From Bythopirellula sp. (GTDB lineage: Bacteria > Planctomycetota > Planctomycetia > Pirellulales > Lacipirellulaceae): a stretch of 64,000 bases of DNA. How positions within the stretch are numbered: position 1 is the first letter of the stretch; every line of letters begins with the position of its first letter. Below, in pieces: positions 7,891-17,573 of the stretch. Both the position numbers and the translations under genes were made by a program. The notes beneath the pieces were generated by a model that saw nothing but the letters and a program-made list of their open reading frames with translations, did not search any database and had not been told where the DNA came from. The stretch spans positions 5,088,001 to 5,152,000 of the forward strand of contig OZ244170.1 in NCBI GenBank assembly GCA_965216565.1, given 5' to 3'.

Positions 7891-9447
7891 CTATCCCGAA
7901 TCCTTACACAATTTATACTCGATACTATCGACCAACGCCTGCCAACTAGCTTCGATGACGTTTTCGTGGACGCCAACGGTGCCCCAAGTATCGGTGTCGT
8001 CCTTGCTTTCGATGACGACGCGTACGCTGGCTGCGGTGGCGGCATCGGAGTTGATCACTCGCACTTTGTAGTCGACCAGGTGCATCTCGTTCAAGCTGGG
8101 GAAGTGCCCGTTGAGGGCTTTTCGCAGCGCGGCATCCAGTGCGTTGACCGGCCCGTCGCCTTCGGCGACTTCGTGCCGAACTTGCTCGTCGATGAGTAAT
8201 TTGACCGTGGCCTCGGTCACCGGCTCGCCCCCTCGACTCACGACGCTCGTTTGATACTGCACCAATTCGAAGTGCGGAACAAAGGTGCCAGCTGCGCGTT
8301 GGATCAGCAAATCGAACGAACCCTCTGCGGCCTCGAACTGATAGCCACGATTTTCCAGATCGACCACCTGTGCCAGGATCTGGTTCATTAGCTTCTTGTC
8401 TTCCTGGAGGTTTCGCTTCGTCGCCAGGGCAATGATATTCGAGCGTCCGGAAAGCTCACTCACCAGCACACGGCGTGCATTGCCGACGGCGGCGGGATCG
8501 ATATGCTCGTAGCTAGAGGCCGCCTTCGCCACAGCGTGCACGTGCATTCCACCCTTGTGAGCAAAAGCACTAGGGCCGACAAAGGGCTGGTTCACTCGGA
8601 AATGCATGTTGGCGATTTCATACACATAACGGGAAAGTTCCGTGAGGTGTTCCACGCCTTTGCCGTCGAATAGTTCGAAGCCCTCTCGCTTCAATGTGAG
8701 ATTTGCCGCGACGGAAACTAAATCCGCGTTGCCGCACCGTTCGCCGATGCCGTTGATGGTCCCCTGCACATGCGTGGCACCCGCGTCGATGGAAGCCAGC
8801 GTGTTGGCTACCGCCAAATCGCAATCGTTGTGCGTGTGGATGCCGAGCGGCTTGTCGACCTTGGTGGCGGCATCCTTGGTGATTGCGGCGATCTCTTCGG
8901 GAAGCGTGCCGCCATTAGTATCGCACATCACAATGGTCGAGCAGCCCGCCTCGGCCGCGGCCTGAATTGTTTGGGCAGCGTACTCTGGATTGGCTTTCCA
9001 GCCGTCGAAGAAGTGCTCTGCATCGTAAATGACTTCACGACCTTCGCCCACAAGGTAAGCGACCGTATCGCGGATCATCGCCAGGTTTTCTTCTAGCGAA
9101 ACGCCCAGTACTTTCTCAGCATGGAAGTCGGAAGTCTTCCCAACAATCGTGATCACACCGGCTTGGGCTTTGAGGAGTGCTTGCATTCCAGGATCGTCGG
9201 CTGGAGCTGTTCCCTTACGACGCGTCATGCCAAACGCACAGACGCGGCTGTTTTTTAGCGGTTTCTCAGCGAGACGTTGAAAGAACTCGGCATCTTTGGG
9301 GTTTGAAAGCGGATAGCCCCCCTCCACAAAGTCGAAACCGATTTCGTCCAACCGACGCGCGATTAGCAACTTGTCTTCCAGCGAGAAGTTGACACCTTCG
9401 CCCTGGGCTCCGTCGCGGAGCGTCGTGTCGTAGATTTGAATATGCAT
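7891..9447 (-). CDS. cimA: Citramalate synthase
   Basis: YDTTLRDGAQGEG, YDAEHFFDG, GIHTHND, GERCGNADL, FAHKGGMH, LVDYKVR, WGTVGV; start ATG 9447. Confidence 0.93.
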   Translation of the reverse strand: MHIQIYDTTLRDGAQGEGVNFSLEDKLLIARRLDEIGFDFVEGGYPLSNPKDAEFFQRLAEKPLKNSRVCAFGMTRRKGTAPADDPGMQALLKAQAGVITIVGKTSDFHAEKVLGVSLEENLAMIRDTVAYLVGEGREVIYDAEHFFDGWKANPEYAAQTIQAAAEAGCSTIVMCDTNGGTLPEEIAAITKDAATKVDKPLGIHTHNDCDLAVANTLASIDAGATHVQGTINGIGERCGNADLVSVAANLTLKREGFELFDGKGVEHLTELSRYVYEIANMHFRVNQPFVGPSAFAHKGGMHVHAVAKAASSYEHIDPAAVGNARRVLVSELSGRSNIIALATKRNLQEDKKLMNQILAQVVDLENRGYQFEAAEGSFDLLIQRAAGTFVPHFELVQYQTSVVSRGGEPVTEATVKLLIDEQVRHEVAEGDGPVNALDAALRKALNGHFPSLNEMHLVDYKVRVINSDAATAASVRVVIESKDDTDTWGTVGVHENVIEASWQALVDSIEYKLCKDSG

Positions 9448-9550
9448 GGGTGGTGGGTAGGGGTTAGAAATAAGCGGCTTGAGGCTAGCAACCGGAAGGC
9501 CTATTAGAAATCTGGATAAGACACCCAAGCCCCTGGATCCTAGTCTCTAC

Positions 9551-9585
9551 AAAAAAACCCTGAAGCCTCAGTTGGCCTCAGGGTT
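9551..9585 (-). terminator. Attenuator terminator upstream of cimA
   Basis: Minus strand AACCCTGAGGCC-AACTGA-GGCTTCAGGGTT followed by a T run. Confidence 0.85.
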
Positions 9586-9617
9586 GTGGTGAATTTCGGT
9601 TGTCTGCCGAACCAACC

Positions 9618-9698
9618 CTAAGGCCGTCTTCCAATAACGATCGCAATAATATCGACGCAAATGGCGTCGGGTATCAATGGGCGAATCGTGGAAACCAT
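9618..9698 (-). CDS. Ile/Val-rich leader peptide of the cimA attenuator (MVSTIRPLIPDAICVDIIAIVIGRRP)
   Basis: 26 codons, 7 Ile + 3 Val; the end of the leader can pair with the 5' arm of the terminator. Confidence 0.85.
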   Translation of the reverse strand: MVSTIRPLIPDAICVDIIAIVIGRRP

Positions 9699-10008
9699 GG
9701 GTGGCTCGGGGTTGTACGGGATCGGATTGTATTGGTTGCAGCAATATTGCTCGAAAAGACCCTAGTTTAGCTTGCCTAACGCAGTCGGGCAACATGCCCT
9801 CGTGGACCTGGATTCGGCTCGATTCCCGGCAAGATTTAGCCCATCCTGGCGAATAACCTCTAGGAATCGAGCGAATCATTAGCCCGTAGGTCCCGCCACA
9901 TCTGCGTGAGCTACGTTGTAGAAGGTTATTCTGCGCCAAAGGTTCGCAACCGTCCCGGCAATTTGCAATCAGCCGCGGACTTCAAACGTATATCTGGGGA
10001 GGTAAATC

Positions 10009-11595
10009 ATGTCGATGTTTATGGTACTAGCAGGGGTCGTATTGGCGGTGTTGATAATGGGCGCCGCCATGAAGGTGCGCTCGGGGACCGTGAGGATTGC
10101 GGCAGCCGTTGTATCGCTATGTGTCGTCGTGTTTTTCTTTACCCTAGCGTCGTTCCGCTATGTGGGAGAAGACGCCATTGGAGTCGTTTCCAAAAATATT
10201 GGCTTCAAATCATTGCCGGCTGGTCAGATTATTGCCACTGACGGTGAGAAGGGCCCCCAGGCCGAGATCCTGCCTCCAGGCTGGCACCCCGGCTACTGGC
10301 CATTCATCTACGATATCGACATGGAACCCGTCATCGAAATCGAACAAGGCACCGTCGGCATGCTCACCGCCGCCGATGGTCAGCCGCTGCCACCCAATGC
10401 TACCTATGCACCCGTTTGGGAGCCTGGTACCGAGAAACAAATGCAGAGCGCTCAGTATTTTCTGACGGATGGCAACGGATACAAGGGCCCGCAAGCTTCT
10501 GTCTTGAAGCCTGGTAAGTATCGTTTCAATCCCAAGCTATTTCGAAAAGAAGATGCTCCATTGCTAACAATTCGCAAAGCAGAAGTGGGCGTTGTGAAGT
10601 CCAACGTGGGCGAGACACCCAAGGCCGGTGATGTGAGTATGGAGATGGGAGCAGACAAACTTGTTGATCGCGGAGAGCTGGGAATCTGGCGAACACCATT
10701 GATGCCGGGGCAGTACTACGAGTTTAGCCATTCCAAAGCTTACGAAGTGACAACCATTTCCACTAGGAAGCAGGTGGTCCACTATACGGCAGGTCAACTC
10801 AAACGCTCAGGTCAGCAAGAAGAGAGCGAGATCATGGTGCGAACGTCTGATGGATATACGTTCCCCGTCGACGTACGAATTGAATATGAAATCCAACCGA
10901 AGAACGCACCTCTTTTAGTGGCTAGCGTGGGTGACGACCAAGTAGGACTGCGAAGTGTTCTCGACTCAGCTGTGAGAGAAATCTTCCGCAACAATGCCGA
11001 AGGCGTGAAGGCACTCGACTACGTCCAGCAGCGTTCACTCCAGGGCGAGCAGTCCACCAAGTTGCTCCAGTCGGAAATGGAAAAGATTGGCGTGAGTGTG
11101 ATTGCAGTACGGATTGGAGATATCGGTGACAAAGAGTCGTTAGGTGAATTGCTTAAGACACAAACGGATCGTGAAATCGCTTTGCAGGAGCAGGCTACTT
11201 TCCAAGAGCAACAGCGTGCCGCCGAGCAGAAGAAGCAGCTCACGAAGACTGAGCAAGAGGCCGAAGAAGAGAAACGCCTCGCCACAGCAGCTTATGCTGT
11301 TCAGATTGCCCAACGCGACAAGGAAAAAGTCGTGATCGCCGCCGAAGCGGAAGCCGAAGCGGTGAAGATCAAGGCCGAAGCCCAGGCTAATGCCTACAAG
11401 CTGATTGCAGAACAAATCGGCAGCGGCAACGCGGCCTTGGTTGAACTGCTCAAGATTGTTGGCGAGCGACGTATTGAGATTACGCCCCGCGTAATGGTGA
11501 CAGGGCAGGGCGGGGCAGGAGCCCAAAACGGCGAGACTACCGCGCTGATCGGCACGATGCTCGACTCGATGGTGCAGCAATCGGCCAAGAACTGA
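10009..11595 (+). CDS. SPFH/Band 7 (flotillin-like) membrane protein
   Basis: Two N-terminal TM helices, VRTSDGYTFPVDVRI SPFH core, C-terminal AEAEAEA coiled coil. Confidence 0.85.
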   Translation: MSMFMVLAGVVLAVLIMGAAMKVRSGTVRIAAAVVSLCVVVFFFTLASFRYVGEDAIGVVSKNIGFKSLPAGQIIATDGEKGPQAEILPPGWHPGYWPFIYDIDMEPVIEIEQGTVGMLTAADGQPLPPNATYAPVWEPGTEKQMQSAQYFLTDGNGYKGPQASVLKPGKYRFNPKLFRKEDAPLLTIRKAEVGVVKSNVGETPKAGDVSMEMGADKLVDRGELGIWRTPLMPGQYYEFSHSKAYEVTTISTRKQVVHYTAGQLKRSGQQEESEIMVRTSDGYTFPVDVRIEYEIQPKNAPLLVASVGDDQVGLRSVLDSAVREIFRNNAEGVKALDYVQQRSLQGEQSTKLLQSEMEKIGVSVIAVRIGDIGDKESLGELLKTQTDREIALQEQATFQEQQRAAEQKKQLTKTEQEAEEEKRLATAAYAVQIAQRDKEKVVIAAEAEAEAVKIKAEAQANAYKLIAEQIGSGNAALVELLKIVGERRIEITPRVMVTGQGGAGAQNGETTALIGTMLDSMVQQSAKN

Positions 11596-11615
11596 CCTGT
11601 CTGATCATATTCGAC

Positions 11616-11647
11616 AAAAACCCCGGCCAATTGGTCGGGGTTTTTTT
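11616..11647 (+). terminator. Intrinsic terminator (bidirectional form)
   Basis: A5-CCCCGGCCA-AT-TGGTCGGGG-T7. Confidence 0.85.
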
Positions 11648-11683
11648 ATAAGATAAAGTCTTTCAACAGATGCCGAGCATTTC

Positions 11684-12493
11684 ATGGACCTGAGCCACAA
11701 ATCGCTGCCCAGCTCAGCCTACTGGCTCATTGGTGCCAATCTATTTCCGTTGCTCGGTGTGCTGTTTCTCGGCTGGAGCACGTTTTCTATCGTCTTCATT
11801 TACTGGTGCGAAAACGTCATTCTGGGCGCAATCAATTTGCTCAAGATGCTCAGCTGTGCGCCCGACACGGAGGCATTGGCCAGAGAACAGCTAGGGAGTG
11901 AACAGCTAGGGAGTGAACAGCTAGGGCCCGAGGAACTGGGGTCCCAGACTGAGGAGCTACTGGAGAAATTCCAAGGTAATAGTCGGACTCTCTCTGGAGC
12001 ACACCATCTAGCGAAATTGTTTTTCATGCCGTTTTTTGCAGTTCACTACGGCATGTTTTGCTTTGTGCATGGCGTGTTTGTATTCGTGCTCCTTAGTGGC
12101 GATGGGCCGTTTGCGAGCGGAGCAGGGGGCGGAGGAATCACCGAGCCGTTCGACGTGATACGCTCTTCCCTGTCAACACTCACCCAGCAGCACTTGTGGT
12201 GGGCCGTGTTGGCACTTGCTGGGAGTCACTTGTATTCGTTCTTCACAAATTACCTCGGCAAGGGAGAATACCGGAAAACTGTCTTGCCAAAACTGATGAG
12301 CCAGCCTTATGGACGAGTCGTGATTTTGCACGTCGCGTTGCTGTTCGGTGCGTTCTTGCTGATGATGATCGGCAGTCCAATCCTGTTGTTGTTGATTCTG
12401 ATTGTCGGAAAGACGGCACTCGACTTGAAACTGCATCTGCGCGAACACCAGCAGGAAGCGCAGCCTCAGCCAACTTCCGGCGGCGTGGCGTGA
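11684..12493 (+). CDS. DUF6498-like integral membrane protein
   Basis: LIGANLFPLLGVLFLGW..YWCEN, FFAVHYGMFCFVHG, PYGRVVILH. Confidence 0.8.
   Translation: MDLSHKSLPSSAYWLIGANLFPLLGVLFLGWSTFSIVFIYWCENVILGAINLLKMLSCAPDTEALAREQLGSEQLGSEQLGPEELGSQTEELLEKFQGNSRTLSGAHHLAKLFFMPFFAVHYGMFCFVHGVFVFVLLSGDGPFASGAGGGGITEPFDVIRSSLSTLTQQHLWWAVLALAGSHLYSFFTNYLGKGEYRKTVLPKLMSQPYGRVVILHVALLFGAFLLMMIGSPILLLLILIVGKTALDLKLHLREHQQEAQPQPTSGGVA
11885..11944 (+). repeat. 15-bp in-frame tandem repeat (EQLGS-type, 4 units)
   Basis: GAACAGCTAGGGAGT x2, GAACAGCTAGGGCCC, GAGGAACTGGGGTCC. Confidence 0.85.
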
Positions 12494-12505
12494 GGGTTGG
12501 GGGCG

Positions 12506-13102
12506 TCACACGAATAGAGAGACAACGATCAATGCGACAATGATGGTGGCAAGTATCGATTTGATGCCAACACCCAGCAGTCTGCCCCAAAACGCGGCAC
12601 GGCCTACCTTGAGCGATTGTGAACCGGTTTCACCCAACGTCTGCTCGGCTAGCGCTGCCCCTAGGAGGGCACCGACCGCCCCGCCGAGAATGGCTCCGAT
12701 GGGAGTCCCGATCAGTGGTATCGGTAACCCCAGCATCCCTCCCACAATCGCACCTACCAGTGAGCCAAGCAATGCGTAGATGGCCGCCTTGCGGCTCCCG
12801 CCCGCCCGACGGGCTCCCCACATGCCGGCAACATTCTCGGCAATCTCACCGATGACGCACAAACCGGCGATTGTGCCGATCGTTGCCCATGAGATATTCA
12901 TCACTCCCACTTCGGGTCCCAGCCAGAGATAGCCTAAGGCAGCCAGCAGCATCAACCAGTTTCCCGGCAGGCCAAATAGCGTCAGCATCCAGCAAACGCA
13001 CACCGTCAACGCGAGCAGCACGGCAAGCAGATAGGGGGAGACCGAGGCCAGCCAACTCCATAGGGGGTCGAGGTCCAGAGCTAAACCAATTAAGTAGTCC
13101 AT
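12506..13102 (-). CDS. DUF456 family membrane protein
   Basis: LPGNWL, GARRAGGS, Gly-rich TM helices; start ATG 13102. Confidence 0.8.
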   Translation of the reverse strand: MDYLIGLALDLDPLWSWLASVSPYLLAVLLALTVCVCWMLTLFGLPGNWLMLLAALGYLWLGPEVGVMNISWATIGTIAGLCVIGEIAENVAGMWGARRAGGSRKAAIYALLGSLVGAIVGGMLGLPIPLIGTPIGAILGGAVGALLGAALAEQTLGETGSQSLKVGRAAFWGRLLGVGIKSILATIIVALIVVSLFV

Positions 13103-13273
13103 CAGGTAATAATCGCCGCTGGCCACCTGAAAGGAAAGTGCCGGGCCGCGAGTTTGCTGAAAAAGGGCCCGTTTTGCTTGATACCTCCTTGGGCTACAAT
13201 CGTGGGTTTGTGCCCCCTGGCTTGTGGGCAAAGGGTTTCAGTCGATCGTTTATTTGGGTGACGGGAGAGCGAA

Positions 13274-14569
13274 GTGCCGGGAACATGTATCATCGGATTG
13301 CAGTGGGGCGACGAAGCCAAAGGCAAGATTGTCGACCTGTTGACTGCCGATCATGACGTGGTCGTCCGCTACCAGGGTGGGGCCAATGCCGGGCACACGG
13401 TGGTTGTCGGCGACGAGGTCTACAAGCTTTCGCTGCTCCCCAGCGGCGTGCTCACGGCAGGCGTTACCTGTGTGATTGCCGGCGGGGTGGTCTTCAACCC
13501 TGCCAAGGCGATCGAAGAACTCAACGAACTGCAGTCTCGCAATGTCGACGACTGCGACAATCTCAAGATCAGCGATCGGTGCCACGCGATTTTCCCTTGG
13601 CACTTTGCCGAGGATAAATCGCTCGACAAGAGCACGTCCGACGGCGAGAACATTGGCACCACCGGTCGGGGCATTGGACCCTGTTATCGAGACAAGGTCG
13701 GCAGATCGTTTGCTATTCGCCTCGGCGATATGTATCGATCGGGTTTCCAAGAACAGATCCAACACATTGTTCAAGCAAAGAATACTATTCTGAAAGCGAT
13801 GTACGGCTCTGCCGACTTTGAACCGCTAGTTGCCGAGGATATCTTCAAAGAGTACTCGGCCTATGCCGAGCGAATCAAACCTTACGTCGCGGATACCACA
13901 GAGTACTTGCTCTCAGCGGCCGAATCAGGGAAGCGAATTCTCTTCGAAGGGGCTCAAGGAGCGCTGCTGGATGTCGATCATGGTACCTACCCGTTTGTAA
14001 CTAGCAGCAATAGCTCGGGCGTTGGCATTTCCAACGGATCGGGAGTACCCGGGTGTTATATCGATCGAGTGATCGGAATCGTCAAAGCCTATTCGACTCG
14101 AGTGGGTGGCGGGCCGTTCCCTACTGAACTCGATAACGAAATCGGCCAGAAAATTCGCGACCAAGGCAACGAGTACGGCACGGTCACCAAGCGTCCCCGG
14201 CGTTGCGGCTGGCTCGATGCGGTAGCCGTTCGCTACACGACCAGGCTTAGTGGGGTGAACTCGATATGCGTTATGCTGCTGGATGTGCTGAGTGGGCTGG
14301 ACGAATTGAAGATCTGCACGGCCTACGAGCTTGATGGCGAGAAAACGGACCGCTTCCCTAGCCATGTTGACGATATCCGTCGGGTCCGACCTGTCTATGA
14401 AACCCTACCAGGTTGGCAGGAAGATCTTACCAAGATGCGTACGCTCGCCGAGTTGCCTGAAAACGCCAAGGCCTATCTCAACCGTGTTAGCGAATTAGTC
14501 GGCGTCCCCGTCGAGATGACATCGGTGGGACCTGCCCGCGATCAAACTATTCCTGTCGCCACTGGGTAA
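13274..14569 (+). CDS. purA: Adenylosuccinate synthetase
   Basis: GLQWGDEAKGK, RYQGGANAGHT, EGAQG, RPRRCGWLD. Confidence 0.97.
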   Translation: MPGTCIIGLQWGDEAKGKIVDLLTADHDVVVRYQGGANAGHTVVVGDEVYKLSLLPSGVLTAGVTCVIAGGVVFNPAKAIEELNELQSRNVDDCDNLKISDRCHAIFPWHFAEDKSLDKSTSDGENIGTTGRGIGPCYRDKVGRSFAIRLGDMYRSGFQEQIQHIVQAKNTILKAMYGSADFEPLVAEDIFKEYSAYAERIKPYVADTTEYLLSAAESGKRILFEGAQGALLDVDHGTYPFVTSSNSSGVGISNGSGVPGCYIDRVIGIVKAYSTRVGGGPFPTELDNEIGQKIRDQGNEYGTVTKRPRRCGWLDAVAVRYTTRLSGVNSICVMLLDVLSGLDELKICTAYELDGEKTDRFPSHVDDIRRVRPVYETLPGWQEDLTKMRTLAELPENAKAYLNRVSELVGVPVEMTSVGPARDQTIPVATG

Positions 14570-14572
14570 TTC

Positions 14573-15322
14573 ATGTCCACAGACGCCATGCCCGCATTGC
14601 TTGCCGAGGTGCCGCGTGAGAAGTGGCCGCGCCACATTGCAATCATCATGGATGGCAACGGACGCTGGGCCCAACGACAGAATCTGCCTCGCATCGACGG
14701 ACATCGGCGGGGGGTTGATTCTGTACGTGCGACGACCGAAGAGTGCGCACGCCTCAAGCTTGAGCAGCTGACTCTCTATTGCTTATCCAGTGAGAACTGG
14801 AAACGTCCGCAACAGGAAATCGATTTTCTGATGCACTTGCTCGAACAATACATGATCGAAGAGCGCACTACGACTATGGAAAACAATGTGCGGGTGCGAA
14901 TGATCGGTCGACGCACGAATATCCCCCAACAGGTGCTGAGCGAACTCGACCAAACGGTCGCTATGAGCCAGGATAACGATGGCATGTGGATGAATCTGGC
15001 AATCAATTACGGTGCTCGGTCCGAGATCGTCGATGCCGTGCGCACCATTGGCGACCAGATCGCTCAAAAGAATCTCTCTCCTGCAGAGATTGACGAACAG
15101 ACCATCTCGCAGCACCTCTATACAGCTGGCCTAGATGATCCTGACTTGCTAATTCGCACCGCAGGTGAGATGCGGATTAGCAATTTCCTCCTCTGGCAGA
15201 TTAGCTATGCTGAGATTTGGGTGACCGAAAAATGTTGGCCCGAGTTCGACGTGGCTACGCTGCACGAGGCAATCGTCAATTTCGCAGGCCGGAACCGTAA
15301 ATACGGCGGGCTCAATACCTAG
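14573..15322 (+). CDS. uppS: Isoprenyl transferase (undecaprenyl diphosphate synthase)
   Basis: HIAIIMDGNGRWA, SSENWKRP, PDLLIRTAGEMRISNFLLWQ. Confidence 0.97.
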   Translation: MSTDAMPALLAEVPREKWPRHIAIIMDGNGRWAQRQNLPRIDGHRRGVDSVRATTEECARLKLEQLTLYCLSSENWKRPQQEIDFLMHLLEQYMIEERTTTMENNVRVRMIGRRTNIPQQVLSELDQTVAMSQDNDGMWMNLAINYGARSEIVDAVRTIGDQIAQKNLSPAEIDEQTISQHLYTAGLDDPDLLIRTAGEMRISNFLLWQISYAEIWVTEKCWPEFDVATLHEAIVNFAGRNRKYGGLNT

Positions 15323-15391
15323 TGCGTCAATCGCTGGTGCTTTCCTTGACTCAACCACGACAATATTCCTCCCGCTAGGAAAGAGAATCTA

Positions 15392-16294
15392 TTGCTGCGA
15401 CTGCGACTGATATCTGGTGTTGTTGTGGTTTCGTTGCTGGTCGCGCTTTGCTGGCTCGATGCATCCGCCGATCGGCCGGGGATCTATCTGGCACCACTTG
15501 CGTTGTTAGCCTGCGGCTTGGCGACAACCGAGTTCATGGCAATGCTCCGTGCGAGTGGGAGCCATCCAATCCGTTGGACGACATTTCTCAGTGCACTTTT
15601 GCCAGTTGCCGCGAGTTGCGTGCCGCTAGTGTGGAAAGAGTATCCCGAGGATTGTCCTGTAGGTAGGTTAGGCTGGGTCGCCTGTGGATTGACCGCCGGT
15701 TTGGTATTGTCATTGCTAAGCGAGTTTATCCGCCGCCGCGATCCAGGCGCTCCACTTGGTTCGGTGATATTGAATCTTGCCGGCTCCACATTCGCCGTGC
15801 TGTATCTGGGGGGGCTCGTCTCTTTTCTTGTGCAGTTACGGATGACGCCCTTCGCGGAAGATCGAACTACCAGCATGTTGCCCTTTGTGTCGACGGTCTT
15901 GATCGTCAAGTTCAGCGACACCTGCCAGTATTTCATTGGTCGGCTTTTTGGTCGGCATAAGCTCGCACCGACGGTCAGCCCGGGAAAAACTTGGGAAGGT
16001 GCCATTGGTGGAATTGGATTGTGTGTGCTTATAACGGCGAGCGGTTTGGTGGCTTACGCCGACTTTCTTACGGGAACAGAGGGTTGGTTGCGTGTGGCTC
16101 TCTACTGCACCCTCTTGTGTGTGGCGGGCATAGTGGGCGACTTGTTGGAATCGATGCTGAAAAGAGATTCAGGAATCAAAGATTCCAGCACCTGGCTGCC
16201 AGGTTTGGGCGGTGTGATGGACATGATCGATTCGCTGCTTCTCGCCGCCCCGGTTTCCTATGCATGTTGGCTATCTGGTTTGCTCACGCCCTAG
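15392..16294 (+). CDS. cdsA: Phosphatidate cytidylyltransferase
   Basis: SDT..YFIG, SPGKTWEG, GDLLESMLKR..IKDS..LPGLGGVMD. Confidence 0.93.
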   Translation: MLRLRLISGVVVVSLLVALCWLDASADRPGIYLAPLALLACGLATTEFMAMLRASGSHPIRWTTFLSALLPVAASCVPLVWKEYPEDCPVGRLGWVACGLTAGLVLSLLSEFIRRRDPGAPLGSVILNLAGSTFAVLYLGGLVSFLVQLRMTPFAEDRTTSMLPFVSTVLIVKFSDTCQYFIGRLFGRHKLAPTVSPGKTWEGAIGGIGLCVLITASGLVAYADFLTGTEGWLRVALYCTLLCVAGIVGDLLESMLKRDSGIKDSSTWLPGLGGVMDMIDSLLLAAPVSYACWLSGLLTP

Positions 16295-16576
16295 GGCTCA
16301 CGCTGACTGTCTTTTTAGGTCATAACCCCTAGAAACGGCACAAGCCGTGCCTCTATAACCATTTAGGGCCTATCCGTTGCTCTCCGCTAGTCTCTGACCG
16401 GTACGATTAGGTATAGTTGGGGAGAGTTTGACTAGCGATTTGGCTCGATAAAATCGCTACCAAGCGGCTGCTGTTTTCCAGAGAAGAGAGTTCGGAACCA
16501 CTGCACGTTTGGCATTCCACTGCAACGAAGTAAGCAGGAGTTTTTTGCGAGTGCCAGTGAGTACTCGTCTGACTGC

Positions 16577-17521
16577 ATGATAGAAGCAACCATCTCGGTC
16601 GGGGACGCCAATAGCCTAGTCCTCCTGTTGGGCACCAAAGACCAGCATCTTAAGCAGATTCGCGAGACAATTCCCGCGAAAATCTCAGCCCGTGAAGGCA
16701 AGATCCTCGTTCAAGGCGAAGAAGATGCCGTGATGCAGGCTACAGCCGTGCTAGAGGAACTCCGCACCCGCGTTGGCAAGGACGATCCTGTCGACTCGGA
16801 TCAGGTTTCACAAATCATCCGTCGAGTGACGAGTGGCGAGAAATCTCCATCTTCCAATCCAATCGGGGTTCGCGGGGGTCGATCGATTAGCCCACGAACC
16901 GAAGGTCAGGCCAAGTACGTCGAGGCGATCCGTAACAATTCGCTGGTGTTCTGCACAGGGCCTGCCGGTACCGGCAAAACCTACCTGGCTGTGGCCACGG
17001 CCGTCGAAGCCCTGATGGCTCAGCAGATTCGCAAGATTGTGTTGGTCCGACCTGCTGTCGAGGCGGGCGAGAGCCTCGGCTATTTGCCTGGTGATTTGCA
17101 AGCCAAGATTAACCCTTACCTTCGTCCGCTATTAGACGCACTGCGGGAAATGATGGACTACGAAAAAGTCCAGCGTTACATGAACGAGGATGTGATTGAA
17201 GTCGTTCCTCTGGCTTATATGCGGGGGCGGACACTCAATCGGGCGTTTATCATTCTGGACGAAGCACAAAACACTACGGTTTCACAAATGAAAATGTTCC
17301 TTACTCGTATGGGTGAGGAATCGCAGGTCGTCGTATCCGGCGATACATCACAAATTGATCTGCCTCCTCACACGAAGAGTGGTTTGATCGACGCCATGGC
17401 GCGGCTTCGCGATATCGATGGCTTCGCCAAGGTGCAACTCTCTGGTTCCGACATTGTCCGTCACCGTCTGGTGCAGGATATCGTGCGGGCCTACGATGAA
17501 GGATCCAAGAAAAAGAGATGA
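16577..17521 (+). CDS. phoH: PhoH family ATPase
   Basis: GPAGTGKTYLA, RPAVEAGE, MRGRTL, DEAQN. Confidence 0.95.
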   Translation: MIEATISVGDANSLVLLLGTKDQHLKQIRETIPAKISAREGKILVQGEEDAVMQATAVLEELRTRVGKDDPVDSDQVSQIIRRVTSGEKSPSSNPIGVRGGRSISPRTEGQAKYVEAIRNNSLVFCTGPAGTGKTYLAVATAVEALMAQQIRKIVLVRPAVEAGESLGYLPGDLQAKINPYLRPLLDALREMMDYEKVQRYMNEDVIEVVPLAYMRGRTLNRAFIILDEAQNTTVSQMKMFLTRMGEESQVVVSGDTSQIDLPPHTKSGLIDAMARLRDIDGFAKVQLSGSDIVRHRLVQDIVRAYDEGSKKKR

Positions 17522-17573
17522 CCCTCTCACTAATGCTGATAACCGAGTAAACCAAAAAGTTTCTTAGCGATCC

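Noticed and set aside
7692..8045. 118-aa N-terminal extension of valS in the ORF track
   Set aside because: It overlaps the cimA 3' end and runs through the inverted-arm element. ValRS similarity begins near 7691/7676.
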